The notes under the pieces: model-generated
What the model saw: the letters and a program-made list of their open reading frames with translations, nothing else
Databases searched by the model: none
What the model was told of the DNA's origin: nothing
Position numbers and translations under genes: made by a program
In this document: positions 1 through 12,886 of the stretch, one piece after another
Position numbering within the stretch: the first letter of the stretch is position 1
Layout of the letters: each line of letters opens with the position of its first letter
Assembly: GCF_000143415.4 (NCBI RefSeq)
Contig: NW_003314370.1
Location: 62,001-126,000, forward strand
Length of the DNA: 64,000 nucleotides
Reading direction: 5' to 3'
Source: Selaginella moellendorffii
Lineage: Eukaryota > Plantae > Lycopodiophyta

Positions 1-1945
1 GCCATCATCGTTGCGTGATAAGCAAACATTTCGCTCATGTGATTCTGACAACAAAGAAAAAGGAAATGTTACGAAACGGACATGGCAAACAGAAGAAAGA
101 AACCTTAAAAGCACGTCCAAGAGTGCAAGGTGAATCCTCCTCGGAAAGTGTAGCCTCAGTTCGCAAGGCCACAGTGTGCATCACTCTCACTGCTTTGAGG
201 GGATACCTGTAAAATAGAATAGTTTAAAGCAGACAAGCGAGAAGGCAGCAGGAACGAGATATTACTTTCCGTGAGCCGTTTCTCCCGAGAGCATTATCCC
301 ATCGGCACCTTCCCGCACAGCGATAGCAATGTCCGAGACCTCGGCCCGCGTGGGTGTCGGATGGTTTATCATGCTCTCTAACATGTTGGTCGCCACAATA
401 ACTGGCTTACCTTTCTCTCGGCACTTGGTAATAATCTCATCCTGCTCGAACCAAGCGGAAAACGGAAGCTTGAATCACATTAAGTTTCTAGAGAGCGAGA
501 ACGAACCTGAAGGAGGGGCACGTCTTCAATAGGAAGCTCGGCACCAAGATCTCCTCTAGCAACCATAGCCTGGATACGCAAAAGAATGCGATATAATTCT
601 CAAGAAACGGCGTAAAGTAAACCTTAGTCTTACCCCGTCACTAGCATCGATAATGGATTGAAGATTTGGTATCGAATCAGCACTTTCGATCTTCACAATA
701 ATATGAATATCCGCCGAGGACTCTGTCAGACAATTAATTTCAGTCCAAGAAATATGGAAAACAAAAGAACAATGGTTATGCTTGCTTACTTTGTAAATAC
801 GACTTCAGTTCATGCACTACCTGCGCGTCCTTAACGAAAGAAAGAGCATAGTAGTCTACCTCATTCTCCACACCAAACTTGATGTCCTCCCAATCCTTCT
901 CCGTTATTGAAGGAAGGGTAGCACTCTTCCCTCTGACATTAAGGTGACGTCGAGAGTTGAGCTCGCCACCATCGAGAACCTCACAGCCCACGGTATCACT
1001 TGTTTTCCATTTCACAAGGAAGGCCATCATTCCTCCTAGTGAAGAAATAAACAGGATGATAAGCACTTGCAAGAAAAACCTTCGCATAAAACCCACCGTC
1101 AACAAGAAGAGTGTCATTAACCTCGACATCGTTCACAAAATCATCGTAATTGACACTGACGGACTTCTCAGTGCCAACACCACGCTTGATCGTGAACGAG
1201 AACTCATCTCCTTTTTCTAGCTTGATTGGTTGAGGAAGATCTCCGCTCCTTACTTCCGGTCCCTGAAAAGAAGCAAAAAAGAGAAACCATGAACACCAGA
1301 AAATAAAAACATGATCTTCCCACCTTGGTATCCAGCATGATAGCGATCACATTATCAGCGGATTTCGCGTTATACTCCTTGACGAGATCGATCACCTTCT
1401 TGTGAGAAGCATGGTCTCCATGCGACATGTTGAGCCGTGCTACGTTCATGCCAGTCTCCGCGAGCTTCCAGATCATCTCACGGGTGTTGGTCGATGGCCC
1501 GATAGTGCAAACAATCTTCGTCTTGCGCTGGAAGCTCGGTTTCGTCCACATCCCTCCGGGTTTGTCGATCGCAGGCACGACCTATGATGCGACAGAGCGA
1601 AATTCCACGCAAAGATCACACCGCATTCGACATGCAAGGCGGAAGAACACTCACCGGCATCGTGTCCGTGACGAAATCCTTGCCTCCATCCTGCGGCGAC
1701 ATCGGGATGATCTGCTGCTGCTGCTGGAGGAGCGTCGCCCTGGCCGCGGCCAATCTTTTCCTCTGCGCCGCGGCAAGCCTTGCGCTCCGGGGTGCAACAC
1801 CACAGCGGATCCTCGTCCCCGTGAACTGGCTGCACAGGCGGTGGCACGGATCATCCAGCGCTCCAAAATCCAGCAGGGAGGAAGAAGAACACACGGATCC
1901 AGGTGCCGCCATCGCCATCACAGGAGAGGAGCGAGCAAAAACCAT
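1..1945 (-). CDS. Plastidial pyruvate kinase (multi-exon; 3' end runs off the window)
   Basis: Exons encode [44 protein letters not shown] and [34 protein letters not shown]. The Ser/Arg/Ala-rich N-terminus from ATG 1945 looks like a transit peptide. GT-AG introns, e.g. 1654-1582. Confidence 0.93.
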
Positions 1946-2628
1946 GGAACGGGGGTTCCAGAATTCGCAATTTGATGGCCATTCCGCCCCGGGAGGTGGA
2001 CGGTCGAGATCAGAAGGGCCGGCCGACGATATTTCTGAGGGGGAATGCGAGGGCTGGATATCCGACGGCCCAGAATCTGCCGCGAGGTCAATGACTGTAC
2101 GGCCTCACACGTGCATCCATGGCCCAGAACTAGCTGAATATGCTCGATATGCTTTAAACTGGCGGCATATGCGACGGAATCTTTTCATACGCCCTAGAAT
2201 GCCAAAGCGGGATTCACTCCTTGTGATAAGTCAATTTGCGCCAGAGGGAGAGGCGAGGGCGCCGCTCGGCCGCCACAAATCCCCGCGGGATTGCTCCTCG
2301 ATCAATCGGCGCGCTGCTGCTCCACTCGCGATCTATGGCCCGGCCGTGGCGATCGATCTGCTGTAAGTTTTCTTTCCTTCAAGATTTTTCCGGGGTCAGC
2401 AGCATTTATTGCTCCGCATTTACGCACGACAGCATTCTAGCCGCGGGCGCGAGGAGAGGAGCTGCGATCTCTCCCCAGCATTCTCGAGAAATTGGGGGAA
2501 AAATTATTTCCTTCTTCCAGAGATCGAACAAGATTATCCAGGGGTGGGGCGGCTAAACAGGAAAATTTACACAGCAGGATTTGTCCCGTCCGCGACGGCA
2601 TCGAACGGCTGTCAATTTTGTGGTAGCC

Positions 2629-3740
2629 ATGGTTTTATCTCCTACAAAGGATCCAAAGAGGAATCGCAAGCCATGGATGGATAGGCAGCAGCATCAGCGC
2701 GAGCAGCAGGAAAGCTGGCTCTCTCCGGAGCTCTTTCTGGAGAACCTGGGCAACACGGAGAATGGTTTCGCGAGCAGCAAGCTGGAATCGGTGCTGCAAA
2801 ACTCAGATTTGCAGAACAGGCAGAGATCCGAGACGGTGGCGAGCAACAAGGGGGCAATTCACGATGAGTCTCGGTGTCACGACAGGGAGCAAGAGCTAGA
2901 CGGTGTAGAAGACAAAGGAAAAGAATTGGAACAGCCAACAACAAATGCGGTGGTGGACTTAGACAACAAAGGAGGAAGGGAGCTAGGAGAAGAAGAGCAT
3001 GAGAATGGCGACGCTCCAAAACTGAGAAACCAGGACGATGATCTCCCAGATTCGTCAGAGCTGGAAGAAAGAGAGGTGGTTTCAAGCTCCACAACTCCCA
3101 GCTTCAGGGAAGAATCCGCGGGATCACGTCAAGGATTCGAGGAGACGACTCTTGGACAGGGAAAGGATCAAACACCGGAGGAAAGAACTGCGGTAGCGGT
3201 CCAAGGCTCATTAATGGAGGAGGACGCGACGACTACTTCTACCACTTTGTCACCACCACCATTGGCAGGAGGCGAGCTGGAGCTCGACCACAACTACAAG
3301 GAGGATCTCATCGGTACTCTCAGCCCTCGACGTAAAGACCGGATCTTGAGGCCAGCGCGAGGCTCTTCTCGAGCGTCGCAAGATTTTGACGAGGGCGAGG
3401 ACGCGGACGTAGCGCCGCTGCCATTCTCTGGGCCGATATCTCTGTCTGGGTACTCGGGTCCCATTTCCGGGGGGAGCATTTCAAGGCGCTCAGACGGCAG
3501 CAGTACGAGTACGCGGTCCTTCGCATTCCCAATGTAAGTTGCGGTTTTTCTTTTACGTGTTCGTTCTTACGTAGCTAACGCAATGGTTTCTTCTCTGTTT
3601 TTCTTACCAGTTTGCCATTCGAATGGAACGCCAGCCCCGCTCGAATGCCGCCGCCGGTCAGTCGAGGAAGCTACTGGCGAAACAAACGAGAGTGGTGCTT
3701 GCGTTGTCTTTGCTGCTCCCGTCCTTCCACGCATCCTTGA
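2629..3740 (+). CDS. Acidic disordered protein with BASL-family C-terminal motif (At1g13650/At2g03810-like)
   Basis: Exon 1 2629-3533, intron 3534-3610 (GTAAGT..CAG), exon 2 3611-3740. Spliced C-terminus reads SRRSDGSSTSTRSFAFPILPFEWNASPARMPPP...WCLRCLCC, matching the STRSFAFPxLxxEWxxSPxxM family motif. Confidence 0.8.
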
Positions 3741-3890
3741 GGTTTGTGTTTGTGTGTAGCTCTTTTGGTTGCTGCTAGGTGTAGGAAGTCTTTCTCTCCT
3801 TTCCTTAATTCGCTGGTTTTTGTTTCCTTTCTTTTCCATTTTTGTTCGGAATTACTTGTATATACAGTTTCTAGCGTTTATTTAATCGCC

Positions 3891-3917
3891 CATAACCGTG
3901 GGTTTGTTGACAATAAA
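3891..3917 (+). repeat. Left copy of 23-bp perfect direct repeat CATAACCGTGGGTTTGTTGACAA (+tAAA)
   Basis: Identical to 23889-23911; 26/27 when extended to 3917/23915. Confidence 0.95.
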
Positions 3918-4116
3918 TTTAGACCACAATGTCGCCCAAAAGGAATCTGCGTAGAATCTTGAAGGGTATTTGGTGATTATTCTAAATCAAGAGGAAAGAG
4001 AAAGGGGAATCCTAGCATGGAGAGGGAGGCGGAGAAGGACATACAAAGCATCTAGATAGTACTGACTCACCATGCTCGCTTGTGTGTGGAGGCTACAACA
4101 TTTTTGGCTGGGAACC
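3895..4116 (-). pseudogene. Possible orphan exon fragments related to the 5' exons of the CRN-like gene
   Basis: Minus-strand splice signals: TTTTTTTCTAG acceptor near 4117, GTGAGT donor near 4070, TTTAG acceptor near 3982. The last segment reads ...FIVNKPT then GTTATG, like ...FVVNKPT|GTTATG at 23895. Joining the exons creates a stop. Confidence 0.3.
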
Positions 4117-4606
4117 TAGAAAAAAAAAGAGAACGCCAAAATGTAACAGATGGTGACAAAATCTGTGTAAAGGAAGATCAATGTGCTGATATCTAAAAAC
4201 GAGGGCCAAAGATCCAAGCATCAAGTTGGAGTTCTCCACAATGTTCAAGCCCATTGAGGAGCCACTCTATCAGGAGAGAAAGGTGCTCCAGAATGGAGAA
4301 TGAAATACAGGGAGCCATGTCAAAGGAGCCAAAGGAGCCATTACCATTAACAAGAATATTTTAAGAATATTTTGGCACACTAAAGAATATTTGTTAAATT
4401 TTTAGCTGAAATATTTTTATTAAATAGGTATTTTAAACCAAATTAATAATTTTATTAAACTACCAGTATCTAATGTTAGTAGCAATAATGACTATTTAAT
4501 AGAGGTTTTGCCTTCTCAACTCGTTTACAAAAGAAATTATTATTTAATATTTAATAATAAGTAATTATACTAATTATTTAAGTAAGCATCATCTAATTTA
4601 TAATGT

Positions 4607-7600
4607 TGTGAGTGCTTGGAATATGGAAAAAGAATATAGAAATGTGCATATCAATTAGCCCAAAAACCCTAGTTTATATACAGGAGCGAGTGGTCCAGAT
4701 TAAAACCAATCTAACGACTACCAAAATCCCATTATATTAATATTAGTATACAGCATTGTAACCATATACTTGGCCTTCATATCATCCCCTCCTCTTGGAA
4801 TAATGGAAGTCCATCAGGGTTCTCTTGTAGATAGGCTAGGATCTGAAGGAATGTCAGGAGGAGGCATCGGTGGATCTGTAGGTGGTATTAACTGCTCCTG
4901 ATCCCTTTGTATGCAGTGTTTCAACCGCTGCACATACACAATCTCTGAAGGGTCAGCCTGTTGGACATCATGCCAAACCTCATAAACTTGTGGTCCAACT
5001 TGCCACAACACTTGATATGGTCTTTTCCACTGCACAAGGAGCCCTATACCGTAAGATGGGGAAAATAGACTAATACTAAATCATCCACTTTATACTCCGT
5101 AGATGGACAATAATGGGAGTTGTAACGCTATTGTTGTCCCACTTGTACGCGGCTTAAGTGTTTAGCAGACTTTGCTCGAACAAGTGGAAGAATTATCATC
5201 AAATATTGATCCCACGATCTAGCATCGGGAGCTCATGGCAATCGCAAAGGTAAACTCAGCTCCGTTGGTAATATTAGATCATGACCATATAAGAGTTTAT
5301 ATGGTGAAGCACTAACAGAACTCTGCACCCCTGACCTGATATGAAGGCATGGAACGCATCCATATCCCCCATGTCCGTGACAAGTATCCTCTTTGCCATG
5401 AACCCATTCACATATTCCTGGATGGTTCTAGTCTGCTTCAGCCTACTCAGCTCATCTCTCAGATGCTGAGTGGCATTCGGAGGAACGTATGTTGCGCGGA
5501 TCCTCGCCTTCATCATGTCCTGACATAGGCATACCAAAGAAATGGCAAATAACCATCCCAATCCGAATGCTAAAAGTTCACATACTTCACAATCATCCCT
5601 TTGAATGTCCAAACAAGCCATTCCACCAGACCGTCTGATTGTGGATGATAAGCACTTATGAAAGTGTGGCGTATCCCCAACTGAGACGTTAAAACATGAA
5701 ATGCCTCAACCATAAATGCGGGACCATTATCTAAAAGAATCCGCTCTAGACAAGAATGCTGGAACACCACTCGATTAAAAAAGAAGTATCCAATAACAGT
5801 TGCAGAGGTGCTAGCAAGAGCACCAACTTCCACCCAACGAGTCAAGTAGTCAGAAGCAATAATAACATACTCATTGCCAGTAGTCGACTATGGAAAAAGT
5901 CCCATAAGATCAAATGCAACCAACTCAAACGGACGGGAAATTGTAATTGACTCCAACCGTCCTTCTGCAGCACGAGGGGGAGTATTACGAGCTTGGCACC
6001 AAACGCAACTATACACATACCAGATAATATCACGTCACATCTCCAGCCAATAGAAAGACCTGCGTAGCTTCTCGGTCACACGATGATGTCCTATATACCC
6101 ACCTAGAATAGAAAAATCATGGTAGGCATGGAGAAACCACTGAATAAAGATAGAAGGCACCACCAGCCGTAAATGATCATCTGAATCTGTCTCCACAAAA
6201 TAAAGAAGGCCATCTTCAAGGTGATATTGAGAATGTAAATGTCGGAAAGGCAAGTCATCAGCAAGTGATGAAGGATTCTTAAACCCATCTTGAAGCCTTC
6301 AAATCCATAACTCAATCTTTTGAGCCTTGCAAACCTCATCAAGAGAAGGTAGATCTTGCTCTGTGACTTGTGGACAATGAACGTCAAATACAACAACTGC
6401 TGATGGCACAGAATCCTTGTCTAGAAAATCCACAAATACTGGAACAACAGACTCATCAAAAATATGAAAAAAGAGTGGAGAAGGAATAGGAGCTTGAGAA
6501 AGAGCATCAACATCAGCCATAGAACTCTTTGGGCGATGAACAACATCAAAATCATATATTTAAAACTTCAAAGCCCAAGTTTTTCTGCTTCAATAATGAA
6601 GTAATAACAGCATCTTCACCTTCAAGTAACGTTCAAGAACTATGTAGATATGCATAAAGTTTCTTAAAACCCCAAACTGCCACTAAATATTCCTTCTCTG
6701 TCGTGGAGTAGTTCACCTCTGCTAGTTGTAACATATGGCTTGTATATGCAATGGGATGACGCTAACAAGGCACACTCAAGCTTTCTTGCATCAACACCTC
6801 CAAGACCAATATCAGAAGCATCTACGAGCAAAATAAAAGGTCAAGTGTAGTCAGGATATGCCAAAACCAGAGGAGTCGTTAACAGCTCTTTGAGATCCAA
6901 AAACGCCCACTCACAATCTGAAGACCAGATGAAAGATGATGTTGATGACTTCAACAACACTCGCAACGGTGTAATGCGATCAAAAAGATGATCCACAAAA
7001 TGACCGAGATACTGCACCTTGCTCAAGAAGCGTTACACATCATTCACACACTTCGGAGTAGGGAACTTTAGAACAGCCACAAGTTTGTCAAGATCAACTT
7101 GCAAACCCTCACGAAAAATACAGTACCCAAGTTGCATCTTTAGACATAAACACACACTTTGACCACTTCAACTTTAAACCAATGTCCCGTAGCCAATTCA
7201 GCACTTTACACACATCATGAATGTGCTCCTCCCCTCTAAGTGAATCAAGACATCATCAATGAAGTCAGCAGTCACCTTTGGCATATCACAAAGAACCTCG
7301 TCCATCATCCACTGGAAAGTTGCTGGAGTATTATTCAAACTAAACAGCATCACCAAGAACTTGTACAAACCAAATGATGTACGAAAAGCAGTTTTAAGAA
7401 TATCTTCTTCAGCCATTGGTACTTGTTAGTACCCAGAAGCAAGATCTAACTTGGTGAACTAACGACTTCGCACCAGACAATCCAAGAGATCAGTAGTGTG
7501 AGGAAGAGGGTACACATTCAGGATCGTCACTTCATTTAACGGACGATAGTTAATGCAAAAACGAATACTCCCATCAGGCTTCGTCACAAGATGAGGTTCA

Positions 7601-9677
7601 CATGCCCAAGGACTCTGTGACTTCCGAATAACACCCTTCTCCAACATCTCCTTGAGTTTGCACATAAAATCTTGATCTCCTTAGGTGACCGACGATGAAC
7701 AAGAACCTTGATTGGACGAGCATCCCCAGTTGGAATCAGATGACGTATGGCAATCTTGGCCCCAAATGATAAGTCAAATTCAAAGAGATCAGAATACTCC
7801 TTCATGAGCCGGTTAACCGCTGCAACGTAAAGATTGTCAGAGGGATCGGAAAAGGGAAGAGCAGAACAAAACAGAAACATAGAAGGAAATAATGGGGGAA
7901 CAAAAGTAATGGAAGTAGAGGTAGAAGTAGAGGGACGAAAAGGTACAGAAGTAAGAAGAATGGATGAAACATAAGGAAGTATGAGACAAAGGGGAAAAGC
8001 CTCAAAGTCACACTTGACATGATCTCACTGCAACCAATCCATACCAAAAATGAGGTCAAAAGCTTGACTCAACACCACCCGCAATGACTACAACTCAAGC
8101 TCAAGATTGCCCACACACACAACCAAGTCCACCTCATCCCATGCACATGCATGTGTACAACTGTTGCCACAAAGAATGAAAACTGGTTTTGCTACATGAT
8201 GCAAGTGTAGACGGCAACGTGTGGCAATAGGTCGAGTAATAAAAGATAAACTCAAACCTGTATCAACCAACACGGAGAGAATAATAAGAGACCTCTTGTT
8301 ATAAAAACGAGTTTGGAAAGTAAATACTGGATGAACTGGTGCCGAGTGAACCCCTTGATGATACTCCCGAAAGAAAGATGGAGGGGTCATTGATTTATTC
8401 GTGCAAGGTCCTTCCATTACTTGCGCGACTCCTCATTTCTCGAATGCATCTCGGTGTCCAAACCTTCCACTGCAGCAGCACCAACGGGACGTTGCTGACG
8501 CCAAGGTCTCCACCCAGGAAATGGAGGTCGCCAATCTAGAAAATGCCGATAACGCCAACAAGTATGACCAACTTCATCACATGCCCAGCAGCGAACATAG
8601 GAATTGGAGCTAAAGGACGTGTAGCGAGAAGTGGAAGAAGCGACGTTTCATAACATTATACTAAGTGAAGAGCATTATCAAGGGTGGCGGGAGCAAGTGC
8701 ATGCACAAGTCCAACAAGATCTTGATGAAGTGTTAGCCACAACGTTCCTAGCTTGATCCGCTCCGACATATTTGGCTCCATACAAAGTAAAACCGGTTCA
8801 GAAACTAATGCCAAATTGCATCATCGACTCAAATGGCCCTTGGCAAAGACAATGCAATTGTTAGAAGGCATCATCACAATCGTCAGCATGTCCAAAAGCA
8901 CGTTTGAAAATGTCCGAAAGAACACTCCAATCCCCCCGAGTGGCTGCTCTCAAACCATTGTACCACTACATCGCCATCCCTTGGAGACACGTAGGGAATT
9001 CACGCAAACGTCGAACATCATCCCAAGAATGATATGTGGCAATCACTGTGAAGTGATCGAACAAATAGTACACATCATCCCTAGGATTCCCATGAAAGAA
9101 CTCCGGTCAAACACGAGGATTGCCACCAAGAGCAGGAGGAGGAGTTGTACCACGTGCCATGAACGTTGCCATCAACTGAGTTTGGTTGTTCAATTGCAAA
9201 TGCATAGCATCAAACAATTGTACCAACTGTTGCTCCAGAGTCAAAGGAGGAGATTGCTGATCTGCCATGAAGATGAACGAAAAAGAAAGAGCAAAAGAAG
9301 ATAAATGACAAAAATCTAGAAGGAAATAGTAGATCTAAACAATGCAAAAAGCTAAATCTAAACCAAAATCCTGAAAAACAAAAGAATAAAAGAAAGGAAA
9401 TGGAAAAAACTAGATCTAAACAATGCAAAAGCTAGATTTAAACTAAAATCCCAAATCCAAGCACTCTTCAGGGACAATCAAAGGTGCCCCTCACCTCCAT
9501 CAATATGAGTGCTTGGAATATGAAAAAGGAATATAGAAATGTATATATCAATTAGCCCAAAAACCTAGTTTATATATAGGAGCGAATGGTCCGGATTGAA
9601 ACTAATCCAACAGCTACCAAAATCCCACTACGCTAATATTAGTATACGGCATCGTAGCCATACACTTGGCCCTCACA
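4607..9677 (-). mobile_element. Full-length degenerate Ty3/gypsy LTR retrotransposon (gag-PR-RT-RH-INT)
   Basis: ~175-bp LTRs at 4607-4781 and 9504-9677 (TG..CA), 4-bp TSD ATGT (4603-4606/9678-9681), PPT at 4782-4795, degenerate PBS TTGATGGAGGTGAGGGG inside the right LTR. Fragments: LVDTGLSLSFI (PR), YPLP and FIDDVLI (RT), AYHPQSDGLVE (INT). Many stops and frameshifts. Confidence 0.92.
5336..5518 (-). other. Foreign retrotransposon gag fragment inserted in the integrase region
   Basis: Reads MKARIRATYVPPNATQHLRDELSRLKQTRTIQEYVNGF (Retrotrans_gag-like). It interrupts integrase between LPFLWYAYV and VQSSVSASPYKLLYG and is flanked by CCTGAC at 5330-5335 and 5519-5524. Confidence 0.75.
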
Positions 9678-9752
9678 ATGTGTATTTATGTTAAATTTTT
9701 CATTATTACATAAAATCCCTATTATATGAAATGTTATATATTATTTTAGATA

Positions 9753-10626
9753 TGTGAGTCTATACAATACCATATACTAATATGAGTATATAGCTATAAT
9801 TCTGTATACTAATAGTAGCATAGTGGGATTTTAATAGCTATTGGATTAATTTCAATTCGGATTACTCACTCCTATATATAAACTAGGGTTTTTAGGCTAA
9901 TTAATATGCACATTTCTATATTCCATTTTCATATTCCATACACTTACATTAGTGGAATTAAGCAGTTTTGATTGTCCCTGAAGAGTGCTTGGATTTAGGA
10001 TTTTACTTTAAATTTAGCTTTTGCATTGTCTAGATTTCCCTTCCTTCATAAGTTTTTCAATTTCTTTTCTTTTGCTTTTTCCTTTTCATTTATTTTCATG
10101 ATGAAGCAACAACTTCCTCCTCCTTTGACTCTAGAGTAGTAATTGGTGCAATTACTTGATATTATATGGTTGCAGTGGAATAATTAGACTCAGTTGATAG
10201 TAATATTTATGACATGTAATACAACTCCTACTCTTACTACTAATCCTCATGTCAAGCTAAACTTCTACTGTGAGAATCCTGAGAAGTGTGCTTGGTCAAC
10301 GCCATCCTATTGCATATATTAGCTGTACATTACAACTAGTAAAGGTGAATTACTCCATGAAAAAAAAAGAGTTTTTAGTAGCAGTTTGGGGTTTCAAAAA
10401 ACTTCATACATATCTACATGGTTTTTAGACATTACTAAAAAGTGATCATGCTATCATTACTTCATTATTAAAGCGGAAGGACTTAGTTGGTCGTACAGCT
10501 CAGTGGAATTTGAAACTTTAGATATATAATTTTGATATTGTTCATTGTCTGGGGAGTTTTATGGTTGATGTTAATGCCCTTTTTTGAGCTCCTTTTTCTT
10601 CTTTGCTCTCTTCTCATATTTTTGAG
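9753..10626 (+). mobile_element. Truncated, internally deleted copy of the same gypsy family in opposite orientation
   Basis: LTR ~9753-9948 is the reverse complement of 9504-9677. It is followed by the leader (GTCCCTGAAGAGTGCTTGG), the gag start and an RNase H fragment at ~10290-10626. Confidence 0.8.
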
Positions 10627-12442
10627 ATATTGTAGACACTAAATGTCAAGTACAGCAACTGCTGACGACATAAAATCCTCATTTAGAAAATCCACAGATG
10701 ATGGAACAATAGGCTCATCAAAAATATAAGAAAAGAGCAAAGAAAAAAGGGGAGCTCGAGAAAGGGCATCAACATTAGATATAGAACTCCCCAAGAGATG
10801 AACATCAAAATTATATATCTAAAGCTTCAAAGCCCACTGAACAGTATGACCAACTAGGTTCTTATATTTTAATAACAAAATAATGGCAATATGATCACCT
10901 TCTAGTAACATCTAAAAACCATGTAGATATGCATAAAGTTTCTCGAAACCCCAAACTATTACTAAACATTCCTTCTTTGTCATAGAGTAGTTCGCCTTTG
11001 CTAGTTGTAATGTACAACTTATATATGCAATAGAATAGCACTGATCAGGCACATTCGGGCTCTTTTGCATCAACACACCTCCAAGACCAATATCAAAAGC
11101 ATCCACACACAAAATGAAAAGTCAAGTGTAATCAAAATATACCAAAATCAGAGAAGTTATCAAGAGCTCTTTGAAATCTATGAACACCCACTCACAATCT
11201 ATAGACCAGATGAAGGATGGTATTGATGATTTCAGCAATGCTCGCAAGAATGTAGCGTGATCAAAAAAATGATCCACAAAACAATCAAAATATTGCACTT
11301 TGCTCAGAAAGCATTGCACATCATTTAAACACTTTAGAATAGGGAACTTTAGAACAACCACAAGTTTGTTAAGATCAACTTGTAAACTCTTATGAGAAAT
11401 ATGGTACCTAAGATAAATCATGTCTTGAAGTCAACAATCACTGTAAGCAACTAAATTTTCCATTCTACTTTAGTCACTTAACCACACCTCCGACCACTTG
11501 GAGGAGTCTCATTCACAACCTCCATCAGTCCAATCCAGGACTTGGGGACTTGCTAGCCCCGAAACTGGCATCCATGCCACTCAACATTTGCACTTGGTCC
11601 AAGTGCTCCACGTGTCCGATCCCACGACCGACACTCAAAGGTACCACCGACATAGCAGGCTGTTATGCTAAGGCCATGCCCAATCACCTTTGCCACACTG
11701 GTAGTCCAATACCACTTGCATCACAGTCTTGGCTCTCCAAGACTAGGTAAACCATCCGTGAGTGGTCATCTCAGATCCACTCTTTAGCATCCTTAGGATG
11801 CCCACCGACAAGGGGAATAGCCTTCCCTAGTATCCCTCTGTCAGTCCCCACTAAGTCCCTTTCTGCTCCTGGCCGTGTTTGCCGACACTGCCACTGGATC
11901 GAGGCCCACAGGCCCGACCATTAAGTCCCACGATCCTCTGGGACTTCCTCACCACACGACTGTGTCCTTGGTCACTACCCCAGAGGACTACTCCTCTTCC
12001 TTTCCACAGTTTGGGCCTTTGGGACAACATTTCGAAACACCGTGGCCTTACGCGAGCCACCTGGGTACTCTCCCCACCTATCGCCTTTAAGTGCTTTAGC
12101 CATGGGCTTAGAGCGAGGTTCCGTTGAGCCACGCCTGGTATCCAAGTAGGTAGTGCCACCCACACTTGGACTGGGAGCATCGGCCAGTCGATCTCCCGGG
12201 GGAACTAGAGCCGGCTCTTGAACACTTCACCAAGCTACCCCGCTTGTCGGTCCGTGTTCACTCTAGTCTTGGACTTCCCAGTGGGCAGCTCATCACCCAA
12301 CACTGGGTCCGGCCTTCCTGGGCCAAACTAGCCTTTCCTGGCCAAACTGGCTCCACTGCAGTCCTCCCCCCTACTATACTTTTGGAGCTCACCAAACCCC
12401 CCAGGGTCTGGGAGACGAACGCTTTGGGCTTTCACCCTCTCA

Positions 12443-12886
12443 GGCTCCGGACTCGGACTCGGACTCGGACTCGGATTCGGACTCGGACTCGGGCTCGGAC
12501 TCGGGCTCGGGCTCGGTCTCGGTCTCGGTCCCGATCTCGGTCTCGGTCTCAGTCTCGGTCCCGGTCTCGGTCTCGACTTTGGACTCCATCTCGGACTCCA
12601 TCTCGGGTCCATCTCGGGTCCATCTCGGACTCCATCTCGGACTCCATATCGGGTCCATCTCGGACTCCATCTCGGACTCCATTTCGGGTCCATCTCGGAC
12701 TCCATCTCGGACTCCATCTCGGGTCCATCTCAGACTCCACTTCGGACTCCAACTCGGGTCCATCTCGGGTCCACCTCGAACTCCACTTCGGACTCCATCT
12801 CGGGTCCATCTCGGACTCCACTTCGGACTCCAACTCGGGTCCATCTCGGACTCCACTTCGGACTCCAACTCGAGTCCATCTCAGAC
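12443..12886 (+). repeat. Tandem GGACTC/GGTCTC hexamers and GGACTCCATCTC 12-mers in the left LTR
   Basis: Directly visible; produces the spurious RT/RS/ES dipeptide ORFs. Confidence 0.95.

Noticed and set aside
9975-10010. CTGAAGA as a hammerhead ribozyme core (retrozyme idea)
   Set aside because: No stem II/GAAA follows, and the motif is not conserved in the copy at ~27265.
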